A DNA stretch of 64,000 nucleotides from assembly GCA_050294405.1 (NCBI GenBank), contig JBNKOC010000029.1:1-64000 (forward strand). Direction: 5' to 3'. Shown here piece by piece: positions 48,230 to 59,156 of the stretch. The position numbers were made by a program, and so were the translations under genes. Within the stretch, counting starts at the first letter, position 1, and every line of letters begins with the position of its first letter. The notes beneath the pieces are model-generated. The model did not search any database. It had not been told where the DNA came from and saw nothing but the letters and a program-made list of their open reading frames with translations. The DNA comes from Fibrobacteria bacterium. Lineage in GTDB: Bacteria; Fibrobacterota; Fibrobacteria; UBA11236; JADFYW01.

Positions 48230-49294
48230 ATGAGGGTCATCCATTTGAAAAAAGGGGGTCTTTTGCCCATTTTAAAATCCGCCATTATAGGCCTCTGCGG
48301 TCTTTTTACCCTGGCCACAGCCAGCCAAACTCCCAGTGGCGATTTGCGGGAAAGCAGCTTTGCGGATTTAAAAGATCATCCCATAGACAGCAAAACCTAC
48401 AACGAGTTTTGGACCTACCAGTTTTTTTTGGATGGCGGCACCCAAATTATTCTCAATTATTCCAGGGCTAATCTGGGAAGTTTTAAAGATCCCGTTTGCG
48501 GGGCCGATGTATCCTTTATTGATTTTAAAGGAAAGAATTACAGCGTGGCCAGGGAGTACCCCAAAAAAAACTTCAAGTGGAATTCCGCAAACCAGGGTCT
48601 TAATGTTCATAAAGACATTTGGTTTAAAGGCCCCCTTCCCCAAAGCCATGAGGTCTACTTTAGCACCAGAAAAAACAAAACCAACTATTACATCCATTTG
48701 AGTTTTTCCGAAATAGACCCCGGCTATGTATGGGGCGATGGCCAGTTTAGCCTCGGCAGCGAAAAAGTGGGTATTTACATCCACATTCCCAGAGCCGTCG
48801 TAAAAGGAAAAATCGCCATTAACAAAGATACATTGGATGTTACTGGCATCGCCTATATGGATCACACCTTCCAATCCACCATGGGTACGGATTTAGTGGA
48901 TGAGGGTTATCGTTTTTATAGCCCCGGCGAAAATCCTATAATAGGAAATTTTGTAAAACCTCTTTCCAAATACAAAATGGGCTTTGTGGGCTACGGCTTG
49001 CAAAAAACAGAAAGCGGCTACCAACTGTTGCAACCGGGAAGCCTAAATATATCCGAACACAAAAAAATGCGGGATATTAAATTGCCCCAGGCTTTAAGCC
49101 TTACCGGACCTAAGGGAAACATCGTCTTAAAAGTTTCCAAACACCAGCAACAATTATCCATACTGGATGGCTTTGACAGCTGGTTTGAGAAAAAGGCAGT
49201 AAAGCTTTTTTTAGGGGGAGAGATGATCCACTTCCGCGGATTGGCTAAAGTTAACGGGAGCCCTGGGTATTTTAATTTTTTCGGATTAGAATAA
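48230..49294 (+). CDS. Secreted hypothetical protein, possibly CrtC/AttH/Svf1-like beta fold
   Basis: Signal peptide; EFWTYQF and G.AYMDH motifs; start uncertain. Confidence 0.5.
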   Translation: MRVIHLKKGGLLPILKSAIIGLCGLFTLATASQTPSGDLRESSFADLKDHPIDSKTYNEFWTYQFFLDGGTQIILNYSRANLGSFKDPVCGADVSFIDFKGKNYSVAREYPKKNFKWNSANQGLNVHKDIWFKGPLPQSHEVYFSTRKNKTNYYIHLSFSEIDPGYVWGDGQFSLGSEKVGIYIHIPRAVVKGKIAINKDTLDVTGIAYMDHTFQSTMGTDLVDEGYRFYSPGENPIIGNFVKPLSKYKMGFVGYGLQKTESGYQLLQPGSLNISEHKKMRDIKLPQALSLTGPKGNIVLKVSKHQQQLSILDGFDSWFEKKAVKLFLGGEMIHFRGLAKVNGSPGYFNFFGLE

Positions 49295-49297
49295 AAA

Positions 49298-50275
49298 TTA
49301 CTGATTTCTCTTAAGTTGGGTTAACCCCTCTCGGGTGCCAAACCACAAATTATTCTGCCTGTCCGTTTCTATGGCGTGTATGCGGATACTGGGAAGACCT
49401 GCATAGGTATTGGATTTATTATACATAACCCATTCCCCATTTTGATAACCCAGTACGCCCCCTTTAAAACCGGCCCACACGCCCCCATCTTTGGCAAAGG
49501 CCACGCAATAGGCTATTTCACCTGGAACCTTGGGGTTATTCTCCTTGGTTATGGCATTCCACTTTCCTTCCGTATAAACGGATAAACCGTTTTGTGTGGA
49601 TACCCAGAGAGAATCGTTGCCTTTGTATTCAATATCAGTGATGTAATTGTTGGGAATTCCCCCGTCTGTGGAAGCCTTGCTAAAGCTCTCAAAGTTGCTC
49701 CCATCAAAGCGAAAAATTCCCGAAACTGTTCCCAACCATACACCTTTGTTTTCATCCACTTCAATGGCAAATATCTGGGGATTTTTTAAAAAACCCGAAA
49801 TTTTATCAGCGCTATAGGTGGTCCAAATGGAATTGGAATATTCTGCAAAGCCATTTTTTGTCCCCAGCCATTTATTGCTGTTGGCGTCCATAGCTATGCT
49901 CAAAATAGTGTTGTCAGGCAAGCCGTCATTGCTGGACTCCACAGTGATTTGGCTCCATTCCCCATTGGAATAAACGGAAATTCCCTGGTCGGTTCCCACC
50001 CATAGATCTCCGTACTCATCCGTTAACATGCAATTTACCACATCGCTAATAAGGCCCCCGCCCGTATTTTCATTGTTGTACATTTCCCAATTTTCCCCGG
50101 AAGTCATTTTTACCAGGCCTTTTTTAGTGCCAAACCAAATGTTGTCCGCGGAATCCAGGGTAATAGCGGTAAAATCTTTATCGGGAAAAACGTCTCTTTC
50201 CCAAAGCATCCAATGTTCCTTAGGCTCCGCCAGAAGCCATAAGGGCAATGCCAGTATTCCAAGCCAAAATTTCAT
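49298..50275 (-). CDS. Secreted beta-propeller protein (two-component regulator propeller repeats)
   Basis: Repeated I..D..G.LW.GT..G units. Confidence 0.85.
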   Translation of the reverse strand: MKFWLGILALPLWLLAEPKEHWMLWERDVFPDKDFTAITLDSADNIWFGTKKGLVKMTSGENWEMYNNENTGGGLISDVVNCMLTDEYGDLWVGTDQGISVYSNGEWSQITVESSNDGLPDNTILSIAMDANSNKWLGTKNGFAEYSNSIWTTYSADKISGFLKNPQIFAIEVDENKGVWLGTVSGIFRFDGSNFESFSKASTDGGIPNNYITDIEYKGNDSLWVSTQNGLSVYTEGKWNAITKENNPKVPGEIAYCVAFAKDGGVWAGFKGGVLGYQNGEWVMYNKSNTYAGLPSIRIHAIETDRQNNLWFGTREGLTQLKRNQ

Positions 50276-50335
50276 TTGTTAAATATACATTTCCCCGGTT
50301 GAGGGAAAACCTAAAATCCGCAAGGAGCCGGCCAT

Positions 50336-52390
50336 TCAAAAAATTCTTTGAGGCCGCCACCATAGTTGGCTGTCAATAATAAGGGATTTGGCCTTCTTAA
50401 GACTGCGGATTTCCAAGCGTCCATCTCCCTTGGCTTCCACTACCTTAAAACTGCGGCTCCCTTGATAAGGCTGGTAATAGGCTTCCAAAAGCTCCATTTC
50501 CTCTTCCGATTTATTACCGGGATAAACGCTTAGCTTTTTGTTTTCCCCATTAGTTCCTTCCCGAATAATTTTTCGGATTCCCTGCCGTTTTCCCTGGTAA
50601 GAGGGGTTTAAAAAAAGCCGCTCTCCAGTAAAAAGGGGATATTCGTATTTGCCCAATTTCTGCTTAAAGAGATTTTTTTCCGTTTCCACAAATTGTTCAA
50701 AAGAATTGGCCCGGGAAGTATCCACCGCCTCCAGAGTGCCACGGGAATAGTTTTGGTAGCCGTATTTAAAAAAGGTTTTTTTAGGTTTTATTTTGGAAAC
50801 ATTTAGATACATGCCGTATTGCTTGGCATCAATAACACAGAGCTCAAAATATTCCGATTCAAAACAGCTTTTCGGCAAGGCCCAAATATGCGGGGAAATA
50901 TTTTGGGGCCAGCTTTCTCCGGCAGATGGACTGTCCCCGGCGTCCCGGAAATGGAACCCGTACACAAAATTTTTATACATAGCCAGGTTATTTTTTTGCC
51001 AGGGATTTCCCTTAAAGCGCAGCACCTGACTGATGGGGCTATGTATGGAGCTGTCTTTGGGGCTTATTGTTATGGAACTGGAGCGAGCCGTAACATCATA
51101 TACCCAGGGAACTTCTTTCCAGCCGCTGAAAATTTTAATGGGAAAATTAGCGCCCCGGTAAAACTTGTACCGGCCGCCTGCCGTAACCATAAACTGGGGC
51201 GTTTTGTAATACATTTCAGGGCTTGCCTCCAATTTGCCGTTAAAAGTATGGCGGGTTTTCATGCCTGACCATATATGTCCCTGGTCTAAATGAAAATATT
51301 CCTGAATAACCTGGGGCAAACGGTAATGCAACATGGAGGCGAACAAAGCGCTGGATGCGTGGGAATAGCTCTGAAGCCAAAAACTATGAAGGTCCGCGTC
51401 CTCGTAGGGAAAAATACCAGATAAGACCCCGTAATAGCTGCAAATGGCATCGTCTAAAAAAAACTCCGTCTCCCGGAATTTTTCCGCATTGCGGCGGTAA
51501 GGTCCCATACGGATAGCCTTGTGGCTTTGCAGAGCAAATTTTATAGCCGCGTAATCCATTACATTTTGCGCCCCTGTGGATATGGCCTCATCCCTGGCAA
51601 AGCTATACAGGTTGTTTAGGGCATGTAAGGTAAAACGCTGGTACACCTTGGCGTTAAATTCAAAAAAACCTCTTGTTAGTATTTGATACATTTGTTTTAA
51701 CAACAAACTCCGCACAGGGCCTTTTTTGTTATCCAATTCCACGCCGATTTGAGTAAGGGAATCTCTTAGTTGGGTTATTTCCGGAAGGCCACGTTTGTTT
51801 TCCATAATAAGTTGATTCATTAAATAGCGGGTGCTTTCAATCATAAACACATGGTTTTCGGTTTCCTGAAAGCTTATCATTAACACTTCGAAATAATACT
51901 TGGGCTCTTGTCCCCAAAGCCGGGTTACATTTTTAATTAAATGCAAATAGCTGGCGTCGTTTAATAAATCCCTTTCTTCTTCAAACAGATATATCATACT
52001 GATGCACCAAAGCAAGGACATATCAAAATCCGCCCTGGGACCGCCCAGAAGGGGCAAGTCCGTGCCCACTTTGCCCAGAGCCTGCATGTTTTGGCGTACC
52101 ACATAGTTTTCCAGGCTATCCGCCATTTTTTTACGGCTTATTTTAGATTTGTTTTTGTGCAGAGCCAGCAAACTGGTCCACTCCTGAAAGACCCGAAGCC
52201 CTCCATTATTGCTATTCCATTTATGGACGCCCTTATTTTTTTCCACATGTTGTTGCCATACATCCAGAATTTGCGGTGTGTATTTTAAAACGGAATTTTC
52301 AGGCGTGCAATGGCTGCTAAAAAAGAATAATAAAACCAGCCTAAGGGTTAGCTGCAACTTTTTCCAGGACAAATTTAAGTACAAAAACAA
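50336..52390 (-). CDS. Large secreted/lipoprotein hypothetical protein
   Basis: 684-aa ORF with N-terminal hydrophobic segment and Cys; ETENH..MIES.RYL.NQ. Confidence 0.7.
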   Translation of the reverse strand: MFLYLNLSWKKLQLTLRLVLLFFFSSHCTPENSVLKYTPQILDVWQQHVEKNKGVHKWNSNNGGLRVFQEWTSLLALHKNKSKISRKKMADSLENYVVRQNMQALGKVGTDLPLLGGPRADFDMSLLWCISMIYLFEEERDLLNDASYLHLIKNVTRLWGQEPKYYFEVLMISFQETENHVFMIESTRYLMNQLIMENKRGLPEITQLRDSLTQIGVELDNKKGPVRSLLLKQMYQILTRGFFEFNAKVYQRFTLHALNNLYSFARDEAISTGAQNVMDYAAIKFALQSHKAIRMGPYRRNAEKFRETEFFLDDAICSYYGVLSGIFPYEDADLHSFWLQSYSHASSALFASMLHYRLPQVIQEYFHLDQGHIWSGMKTRHTFNGKLEASPEMYYKTPQFMVTAGGRYKFYRGANFPIKIFSGWKEVPWVYDVTARSSSITISPKDSSIHSPISQVLRFKGNPWQKNNLAMYKNFVYGFHFRDAGDSPSAGESWPQNISPHIWALPKSCFESEYFELCVIDAKQYGMYLNVSKIKPKKTFFKYGYQNYSRGTLEAVDTSRANSFEQFVETEKNLFKQKLGKYEYPLFTGERLFLNPSYQGKRQGIRKIIREGTNGENKKLSVYPGNKSEEEMELLEAYYQPYQGSRSFKVVEAKGDGRLEIRSLKKAKSLIIDSQLWWRPQRIF

Positions 52391-52434
52391 GAACCAGAGC
52401 GGCTCCCATTAAAATGAGTTTCCATTTGTTTTTC

Positions 52435-52908
52435 TTATGAGCTTCCATCGGAATCTGTTTTGGGAGGAGGAGTAGATATGCGAATATGCCAAGTGGACAT
52501 TTCAGGCAAAGGCCATCGCTTCATTTTGTTCTTAACTTCGATAACTTTTCCTGTGTGCTCTCCTTCGGGTTCCTTTTCGTCATTGACCAAGGGATGGTGG
52601 TTATACTTTAAACATTTCACGATGTTCTCCCCCACTTCTGGAGAATCCACCGCCGCGTATTTTACCACCAAACTTTTTGATTTGTGTTTTTCCCATTCAT
52701 CCCAATACATGGAATCTCTGAGTCCCTTGCGGATATTTTTTGAATATTCAATGGCAATGATTTGATCCAAAAGCTTCCAGCGTTTTAAAAGGGCTTCTTT
52801 ATGACCTGTTAAAATCATATACACGCCAGACTGATCCGTAATATCGTAAGGAACTTTATTGGAAGTTATCTCCCAAACGCCTTTCCAGAATAAACTATTA
52901 TCCATCAC
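52435..52908 (-). CDS. Hypothetical protein, weak GIY-YIG-like N-terminus
   Basis: SGVYMI...SKNIRK. Confidence 0.5.
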   Translation of the reverse strand: MMDNSLFWKGVWEITSNKVPYDITDQSGVYMILTGHKEALLKRWKLLDQIIAIEYSKNIRKGLRDSMYWDEWEKHKSKSLVVKYAAVDSPEVGENIVKCLKYNHHPLVNDEKEPEGEHTGKVIEVKNKMKRWPLPEMSTWHIRISTPPPKTDSDGSS

Positions 52909-52976
52909 CTATAAGGGTAAAAAATATACCTGTAGAATTGCCATAAAATAATTTTTTAAATGGTTTTTAGGAAAAA

Positions 52977-53843
52977 TTATTCGCCAAGAGCTTTTTGCAG
53001 TGCATCAATGGATTCCCTGGTTTCTTTTACATCGTGCACCCTGAGCACGCTTGCCCCTTTCAATAAACACAGAATCCCTAAGGTTACAGTAGGGATAAGC
53101 CGGTTGGAATTTTCCAAGCCCTTGGTTTTACCCATAAAAGATTTGCGGGAAAGTCCCATCACAATGGGGAATTTCTTTTCAGCCAAAACTGAAATACCGC
53201 GAATCAATTGGTAATTGTGTTCCACTGTTTTTCCGAAACCAATTCCCGGGTCCAAGGCAATTTTTTCGGGCTCCACTCCATGCTCCATGAGAAGTTTTGC
53301 TTTTTCTTCCAAAAAATTTTCCACCTCTTCCAGCACATTTTCATACTGTGGGTTGATTTGCATGTTCTGAGGAGTCCCCTGAATATGTCCCAGTACAAAA
53401 CTCACATTTTTTTGAGCACAGCGAAGCATATTGGCATCGGCGCTAAGTCCGCTTATATCGTTTACAATACTGGCTCCCGCTTCGATAGCCGCCAGAGCCA
53501 CCTCGGATTTGCTGGTATCAATGGAAACGGGAACAGGGAAATTCGCCTTAATTTTTTCAATTACCGGCAATACCCTCTCCATTTCTTCTGGAGCTTTTAC
53601 TTTCTGGGATCCGGGACGGGTGCTTTCCCCTCCCACATCAATAACATCGGCCCCGTCTGCCAACATGGCTTCGGCCCTTTTAAGGGCGCTATCCAGTTGG
53701 TTGTATTTGCCGCCATCAAAAAAAGAATCGGGAGTGGTATTTAAAATCCCCATAATAAGGGGACGCTCTTTTGCCCAAAATTTATCCCCGATTTTCCAGG
53801 GGGAAGATCTTACACAGTTAAAATTTTGCCAACCCTCAAACAT
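52977..53843 (-). CDS. folP: Dihydropteroate synthase
   Basis: MGILNTTPDSFFDGG, DVGGESTRPG, DPGIGFGK, SRKSF, RVHDV. Confidence 0.97.
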   Translation of the reverse strand: MFEGWQNFNCVRSSPWKIGDKFWAKERPLIMGILNTTPDSFFDGGKYNQLDSALKRAEAMLADGADVIDVGGESTRPGSQKVKAPEEMERVLPVIEKIKANFPVPVSIDTSKSEVALAAIEAGASIVNDISGLSADANMLRCAQKNVSFVLGHIQGTPQNMQINPQYENVLEEVENFLEEKAKLLMEHGVEPEKIALDPGIGFGKTVEHNYQLIRGISVLAEKKFPIVMGLSRKSFMGKTKGLENSNRLIPTVTLGILCLLKGASVLRVHDVKETRESIDALQKALGE

Positions 53844-53861
53844 AAAGGGAAAAGTTAAGGC

Positions 53862-55997
53862 TTAGGCTGAAGTGTCCACATTGGAGCCCTTGGAATCGGA
53901 GTCTTTATCCTCTCCATTGGCCACAGCCACTTCTTCTTTATTTTCCAGATTTTCTTCTGGTGGAGCGCTCTCTTCGGATTTTCCATTTTTCTGGGCCGCA
54001 GCAAGCTCCATATAGCGCAAGAAAGAGCGGCTCTTCCGGGGAGCGTCCACAGGCTTGCCCTCAATGGCGTTAAAAATTTCCGCCCCTTCCAAAGTCTCAT
54101 GTTCCAACAAGGCCTCGGAAAGTTTAATGAGCTTGTCCTTATTTTCCTGCAGGAGCTTTACCACCATGTTGCGCTGCCTATCGATAATTTCCCTAACTTC
54201 TTTATCGATTTCAACGGCGGTGGCTTCGGAATAGTTACGGCTTTGGTTCATTTCTTTACCCAGAAAAACCTCTTCCTGTTTTTTGCCATAGGCCAGAGGG
54301 CCCAACTTTTCGGACATGCCCCATTCACATACATATTTGCGGGCAAGGTCCGTGGCCACTTTAATGTCGTTGGAAGCACCGGTATTTTTCTGATTGAACA
54401 TTAAAATTTCCGCTTCGCGGCCGCCCATTAAAATGGCGATTTTTTCCAATACATATTCGGAGGACATGGTGTAAGAATCTTTTTCCGGTAAGCTAAAGGT
54501 CACTCCCAAAGCTCTGCCCCTGGGGATAATGGTAATTTTATGCAGGGGATCGGAATTTTTCATTAAAGTAGTGATTAGAGCGTGACCGGCTTCGTGATAG
54601 GCAGTGGTTTTCTTTTCTTCTTCCGTTAATATTCGCGAAACCCGTTCGGTGCCCAGCATGATTTTATCTTTGGCCTCTTCAAAATCCAGCATAGAAACCT
54701 TTTTATTGCCAAAGCGGGCGGCCAAAAGACAGGCTTCGTTCACCAGGTTTTCCAAATCGGCGCCCACCAAGCCAGGTGTGCCCTTGGCAATTTTAGATAC
54801 ATCCACATCTTCGGAAAGAGGCACATTTCTTTTTTTCAAATGCACTTTCAAAATGCCCTCACGGCCTTTGGCATCTGGAGCATCCACCACAATCTGGCGA
54901 TCAAAGCGCCCTGGGCGAAGCAAGGCGGGGTCCAATACATCGGGACGGTTAGTAGCCGCCAAAAGAATCACGCCGTCATTTTGAGAAAAGCCATCCATCT
55001 CCACCAAAAGCTGATTTAAAGTTTGTTCTCTTTCATCGTGGCCGCCGCCAAGTCCGGCTCCGCGATGGCGGCCTACAGCGTCAATTTCATCAATGAAAAT
55101 AATACAAGGGGCATTTTTCTTTCCCTGTTCAAACAAATCCCGTACGCGGGAGGCGCCCACGCCCACAAACATTTCCACAAAGTCCGAACCGGACATACTG
55201 AAAAAGGGCACCGAGGCCTCACCAGCAACGGCTTTGGCCAAAAGGGTTTTACCTGTTCCCGGAGGGCCTAACAACAAAGCACCCTTGGGTATTTTTCCAC
55301 CCAGCTTACTGAACTTACTGGGGTCTTGCAAAAATTCTTTGATTTCTTGCAAATCTTGCTTGGCCTCATCGCAGCCCGCAACATCTTTAAAAAGCACGCT
55401 GGGTTTTTCGCTGATGGAGAGTTTGGCGTTGCTCTTCCCGAAGGAAAATATCCCCCGGGGCCCACCTGCCTGAGTTTGCCTGGACATCATAAACCACACG
55501 AAGGCAATTATCAGTACTAATGGTAATATGGAGCCTATCCAGCCCATCCAGGCCGTTTCTTTTTCAAACTCAATTTCTACACCGGCGGCATCCCATTCTT
55601 CTATTTGTTTATGCACTTCATCGCTAAAGGGCAGTTGTACCCGAATGGTTTTGGTGACGGGCGCTAAAGATTTGGCTTCTTTTCCCTCTTCTTCAGGAGG
55701 GGCCACAGGACGCGAGGCGGAAAGCAAATAACCTTCGCTATTGCGGCGCAGTTTTAATTTGTCATAGCTTTCCTCGGAAGAGGCCATGATTTTTTTGAAT
55801 TGGGAATAGGACACCTCCTCTTCGGGGTTTTTCATACTCATGATGCGCAGCAATACCAAAAGCCCCAGCACCATAAACAAAAGCAGGGATACATTTTTGC
55901 GCTTCCACTTGTTTTGTTTTCCGTTGGGATCCATATCCGGCCCGCCGGCAGGATTGTTTTTTTTCTCTGAGTTTTTGTCTTTAGGGTTTACTGCCAT
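53862..55997 (-). CDS. ftsH: ATP-dependent zinc metalloprotease FtsH
   Basis: 2 TMs, [31 protein letters not shown]. Confidence 0.98.
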   Translation of the reverse strand: MAVNPKDKNSEKKNNPAGGPDMDPNGKQNKWKRKNVSLLLFMVLGLLVLLRIMSMKNPEEEVSYSQFKKIMASSEESYDKLKLRRNSEGYLLSASRPVAPPEEEGKEAKSLAPVTKTIRVQLPFSDEVHKQIEEWDAAGVEIEFEKETAWMGWIGSILPLVLIIAFVWFMMSRQTQAGGPRGIFSFGKSNAKLSISEKPSVLFKDVAGCDEAKQDLQEIKEFLQDPSKFSKLGGKIPKGALLLGPPGTGKTLLAKAVAGEASVPFFSMSGSDFVEMFVGVGASRVRDLFEQGKKNAPCIIFIDEIDAVGRHRGAGLGGGHDEREQTLNQLLVEMDGFSQNDGVILLAATNRPDVLDPALLRPGRFDRQIVVDAPDAKGREGILKVHLKKRNVPLSEDVDVSKIAKGTPGLVGADLENLVNEACLLAARFGNKKVSMLDFEEAKDKIMLGTERVSRILTEEEKKTTAYHEAGHALITTLMKNSDPLHKITIIPRGRALGVTFSLPEKDSYTMSSEYVLEKIAILMGGREAEILMFNQKNTGASNDIKVATDLARKYVCEWGMSEKLGPLAYGKKQEEVFLGKEMNQSRNYSEATAVEIDKEVREIIDRQRNMVVKLLQENKDKLIKLSEALLEHETLEGAEIFNAIEGKPVDAPRKSRSFLRYMELAAAQKNGKSEESAPPEENLENKEEVAVANGEDKDSDSKGSNVDTSA

Positions 55998-57394
55998 GAA
56001 ATTTCCAATTCTAAAATTTGCTCAGTATCTTCGGTAACTTTGTAATTCTCGGAAATCTCAAGGTTCGGCATCCACACAATGTTTTCGCCATCGCACACTA
56101 AAATTTGATTTTCCCGTTGTTCCCGGCTGACCTTCCTTTTTATAAAAAAATCTTTTAATTTTTGAGGCTTTCCAGACAGCCCCAGGGGCTTAAACCTGTC
56201 CCCGTTTTTGCGATTTCTGATGATTAATGTACTAGAAAAACGTCCTCCATCAAGGAAAACCCTTTGGTTCACCAATCGAGGCGGGGAGAAATCCAAAGGC
56301 CTAACATAATTATTTGCCTTTAATGATATTTTTCGTCCCTTCCAAAATCCAACAAAAATTGAGCTTTTTTCCAATTTGGAAAACACTAATTCTTCATATT
56401 TAGAATTTGTCCCCCAACTTTCCAATTCTCCCTCTCGAATACGCAGCTGCGGGCCACTGGAATAAAGCCAAAGCCCTTTTCCCAGGGATATTTTAACCTG
56501 GCTTTTGGCCTTTAATTGCTTTTTTAATTCCACCAGAAATTTGCCGGAAATTTCCACTCCAAACTGTCCCGAAACAAAGGCGAAAAACTCACGCTCCAAC
56601 CCTAATTCATATACCATACCCTCTTCCAAAACAGCTTTTGAAAACTCAATTTCCCCTTTTTCATTTCGCCGAAGCCGTTTTTCCCATTCAGACTCCCAAC
56701 TTTGGACCAGCTGATACAACTGCCCTGTAATGGAGCTGGCTTTTTCCATCCACTGTTTTTTTAAATGGCCCAACCGGGGAATGTACTCTTGACGCAAATA
56801 GTTGCGGGGAATTTGTATGTCCTCATTGCTTACATCTTCCCGCCATTTAAGGCCATGCTCCCTGGCGTAATTTTCCAAACACTGCCGGGGGCATTCCAAA
56901 AGGGGACGAATAATAAAGTCTCTTTTGGGGTGAATCCCCCTTAATCCCAGCAAACTCGCCCCCCGCTCTATGCGCAACAAAAGGGTTTCCAGTTGGTCGT
57001 CCTGGTGATGGGCTGTAAGCAGGTAATGGGCTCCGTGTTTTTGCAAAAGCTTTTGGAAAAAGCCATACCTTTCCCGACGCCCCCACATTTCAAGAGACTC
57101 TCCTTTTTTTTTATGGGCCGGGTTCAGGTCCAGGGATTCAAAGCGAAGTCCCAAATTTTCAAATTGGGCCTGGCAAAACTTTTTATCTTCCCCTGAGCTT
57201 TCCCTGAGGTTATGGTTCACATGGGCTCCTAATAAATTAAAAGCCAATTCCTCTTTTTTTAAGGCCATTACATGGAAAAGTACGGTGGAGTCTAGCCCTC
57301 CCGAATAAGCCAATAACAGGGTCTTGTTTTTAAAGCTAATATCCCATCGTTGGCAAAAGGCCTTGATATAATTCCAGGGAGAAGTTTGTGTCAT
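55988..57394 (-). CDS. tilS: tRNA(Ile)-lysidine synthetase
   Basis: [30 protein letters not shown]-terminal GDRF.P.G...KLKDFF. Confidence 0.96.
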   Translation of the reverse strand: MTQTSPWNYIKAFCQRWDISFKNKTLLLAYSGGLDSTVLFHVMALKKEELAFNLLGAHVNHNLRESSGEDKKFCQAQFENLGLRFESLDLNPAHKKKGESLEMWGRRERYGFFQKLLQKHGAHYLLTAHHQDDQLETLLLRIERGASLLGLRGIHPKRDFIIRPLLECPRQCLENYAREHGLKWREDVSNEDIQIPRNYLRQEYIPRLGHLKKQWMEKASSITGQLYQLVQSWESEWEKRLRRNEKGEIEFSKAVLEEGMVYELGLEREFFAFVSGQFGVEISGKFLVELKKQLKAKSQVKISLGKGLWLYSSGPQLRIREGELESWGTNSKYEELVFSKLEKSSIFVGFWKGRKISLKANNYVRPLDFSPPRLVNQRVFLDGGRFSSTLIIRNRKNGDRFKPLGLSGKPQKLKDFFIKRKVSREQRENQILVCDGENIVWMPNLEISENYKVTEDTEQILELEISWQ

Positions 57395-57422
57395 CTGTCC
57401 CTGGAAAAAGCCTTAGGGGTTC

Positions 57423-57821
57423 CTATTGTTTTTTGCCATACATGGTTTCGGGGTCTTCCAACCGCTCGTCGCAAATATCAAAGCCTTCGCCATTCCATTT
57501 GCGAAAAAAACAAGAACGATAGCCTTCGTGGCAAGCTGCGCCAATTCCCTGAGGCTCTACGGTAAAAAGCAGGGCGTCCCCATCGCAATCTATACGCACA
57601 GATTCCACTTTTTGGGTATTGCCACTGGTTTCTCCTTTGAGCCAAACCTTTTTTCTGGAACGGGACCAATAGGTCATAACCCCTGTTTCCAGTGTTTGGC
57701 GCAGGGTTTCCTTGTTCATGTAGGCTAACATCACCACGTCTTTGCTTTGGTTGTGCACTGCCACCGCCGTGACTAGGCCATGAGCGTCAAATTTCACTTT
57801 TTCAATAAATGTATCTATCAT
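57423..57821 (-). CDS. hisI: Phosphoribosyl-AMP cyclohydrolase
   Basis: MLAYMN, YWSRSR, KGETSG, DCDGD, ACHEGYRSCF. Confidence 0.96.
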   Translation of the reverse strand: MIDTFIEKVKFDAHGLVTAVAVHNQSKDVVMLAYMNKETLRQTLETGVMTYWSRSRKKVWLKGETSGNTQKVESVRIDCDGDALLFTVEPQGIGAACHEGYRSCFFRKWNGEGFDICDERLEDPETMYGKKQ

Positions 57822-57831
57822 AATATTCCTG

Positions 57832-59097
57832 TTACCTCGTGTGGCCGGTTCCCACAACCTGCCATTGATAAGTGGTTAAACTCTCTATTCCCATGGGACC
57901 CCGGGCGTGGAGCTTGTCCGTGCTGATACCAACCTCAGCTCCTAGGCCATATTCTCCCCCATCCGCAAAGCGGGTGCTGGCATTAACCATAACAGAAGAG
58001 GAGTCCACGTTGTCCAAAAAGTATTGCTGGACCTTTTTGTCCTTGGCCACAATGCCATCGGTGTGCCCAGAACCGTACTCGGTTATGTGCTTAACAGCGC
58101 CCTCGACTCCAGCTACCATTTTAACGGAAAGCCTGGGATCCAGGTATTCTGTTTCCCAATCTTTTGAAGATGCTTTTCCCATGTTAGGGTAAATCTTTCG
58201 GCTCTTAACATCACCCAAAAGCTGAGCTCCGGCTATTTCCAAAGCTCCCAAAATCTGGGTTATTGTTTTAGCAGGCAAGGCTTCGTCCAAAAGTAATGTT
58301 TCCATGGCATTACATACCCCAGTGCGCTGCATTTTAGCATTGACGGAAATCTCTTTCGCCATTTCCAAACTGGCTGTTTTGTGAATAAACATATGGCAAA
58401 CACCCTGATAATGTTTAATTACAGGGATTTTAGAATTGGCAACCACCGCCTCAATCAACCTTTCACCGCCGCGGGGAATCACCAAATCAAAATGGGCGTC
58501 GTCCTTAAGCAGGATGTTTACCAACTCCCTGTCGCTTTTTCCCACAAGCTGCACCGCATTTTCGGGAAGCCCGGTTTTTACCAAAGCCCCACGCACTACT
58601 TTGGCTAATATTTCATTGCTGTACTTGGATTCTTTGCCGCCCCGCAGTAAAACCGCATTACCGCTTTTAAGGCAAAGAGCAGCCCCATCAATAGTAACAT
58701 TGGGCCGGGATTCAAAAATAAAAAATATGGCTCCAATGGGAACAGAAATACGTTTGATTTCCAGCTTGTCTTTTCGGATGTAATGGCTGAGTTGGGTTCC
58801 CAGGGGGTTTGGCAGTTTGGATATTTCCAAAACGCTTTTAACAATCCCATCCAAACGAGAGGCAGTTAAAGTGAGCCTGTCTATCATGGCTAAGGATAAC
58901 CCCGCCTTTCTGGCTTCTTTTAAATCTTTTTCATTGGCTTTTAAAATTTGCGCTTCGGAATTTTTAAGGCCCTTGGCAATTTCTTTTAAGCTGGCCACAA
59001 TTTGTTTATGGGGAACCCCTCTAAGGGCTAGGGAAGCGCTGCGGATATTTTTTCCCAATTTGGCCCCATAGCTTTCCAATTTTTTCACATCCGCCAC
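57832..59097 (-). CDS. proA: Glutamate-5-semialdehyde dehydrogenase
   Basis: FESRPNVT, CNAMETLL, NASTRFADG.EYGLGAEVGISTDKLHARGPMG. Confidence 0.97.
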   Translation of the reverse strand: MADVKKLESYGAKLGKNIRSASLALRGVPHKQIVASLKEIAKGLKNSEAQILKANEKDLKEARKAGLSLAMIDRLTLTASRLDGIVKSVLEISKLPNPLGTQLSHYIRKDKLEIKRISVPIGAIFFIFESRPNVTIDGAALCLKSGNAVLLRGGKESKYSNEILAKVVRGALVKTGLPENAVQLVGKSDRELVNILLKDDAHFDLVIPRGGERLIEAVVANSKIPVIKHYQGVCHMFIHKTASLEMAKEISVNAKMQRTGVCNAMETLLLDEALPAKTITQILGALEIAGAQLLGDVKSRKIYPNMGKASSKDWETEYLDPRLSVKMVAGVEGAVKHITEYGSGHTDGIVAKDKKVQQYFLDNVDSSSVMVNASTRFADGGEYGLGAEVGISTDKLHARGPMGIESLTTYQWQVVGTGHTR

Positions 59098-59156
59098 TTT
59101 TAATGTTCCTTTATTTATAACAATTTAAAGTAAAGGTAATAAACCTTCTCCAGCTC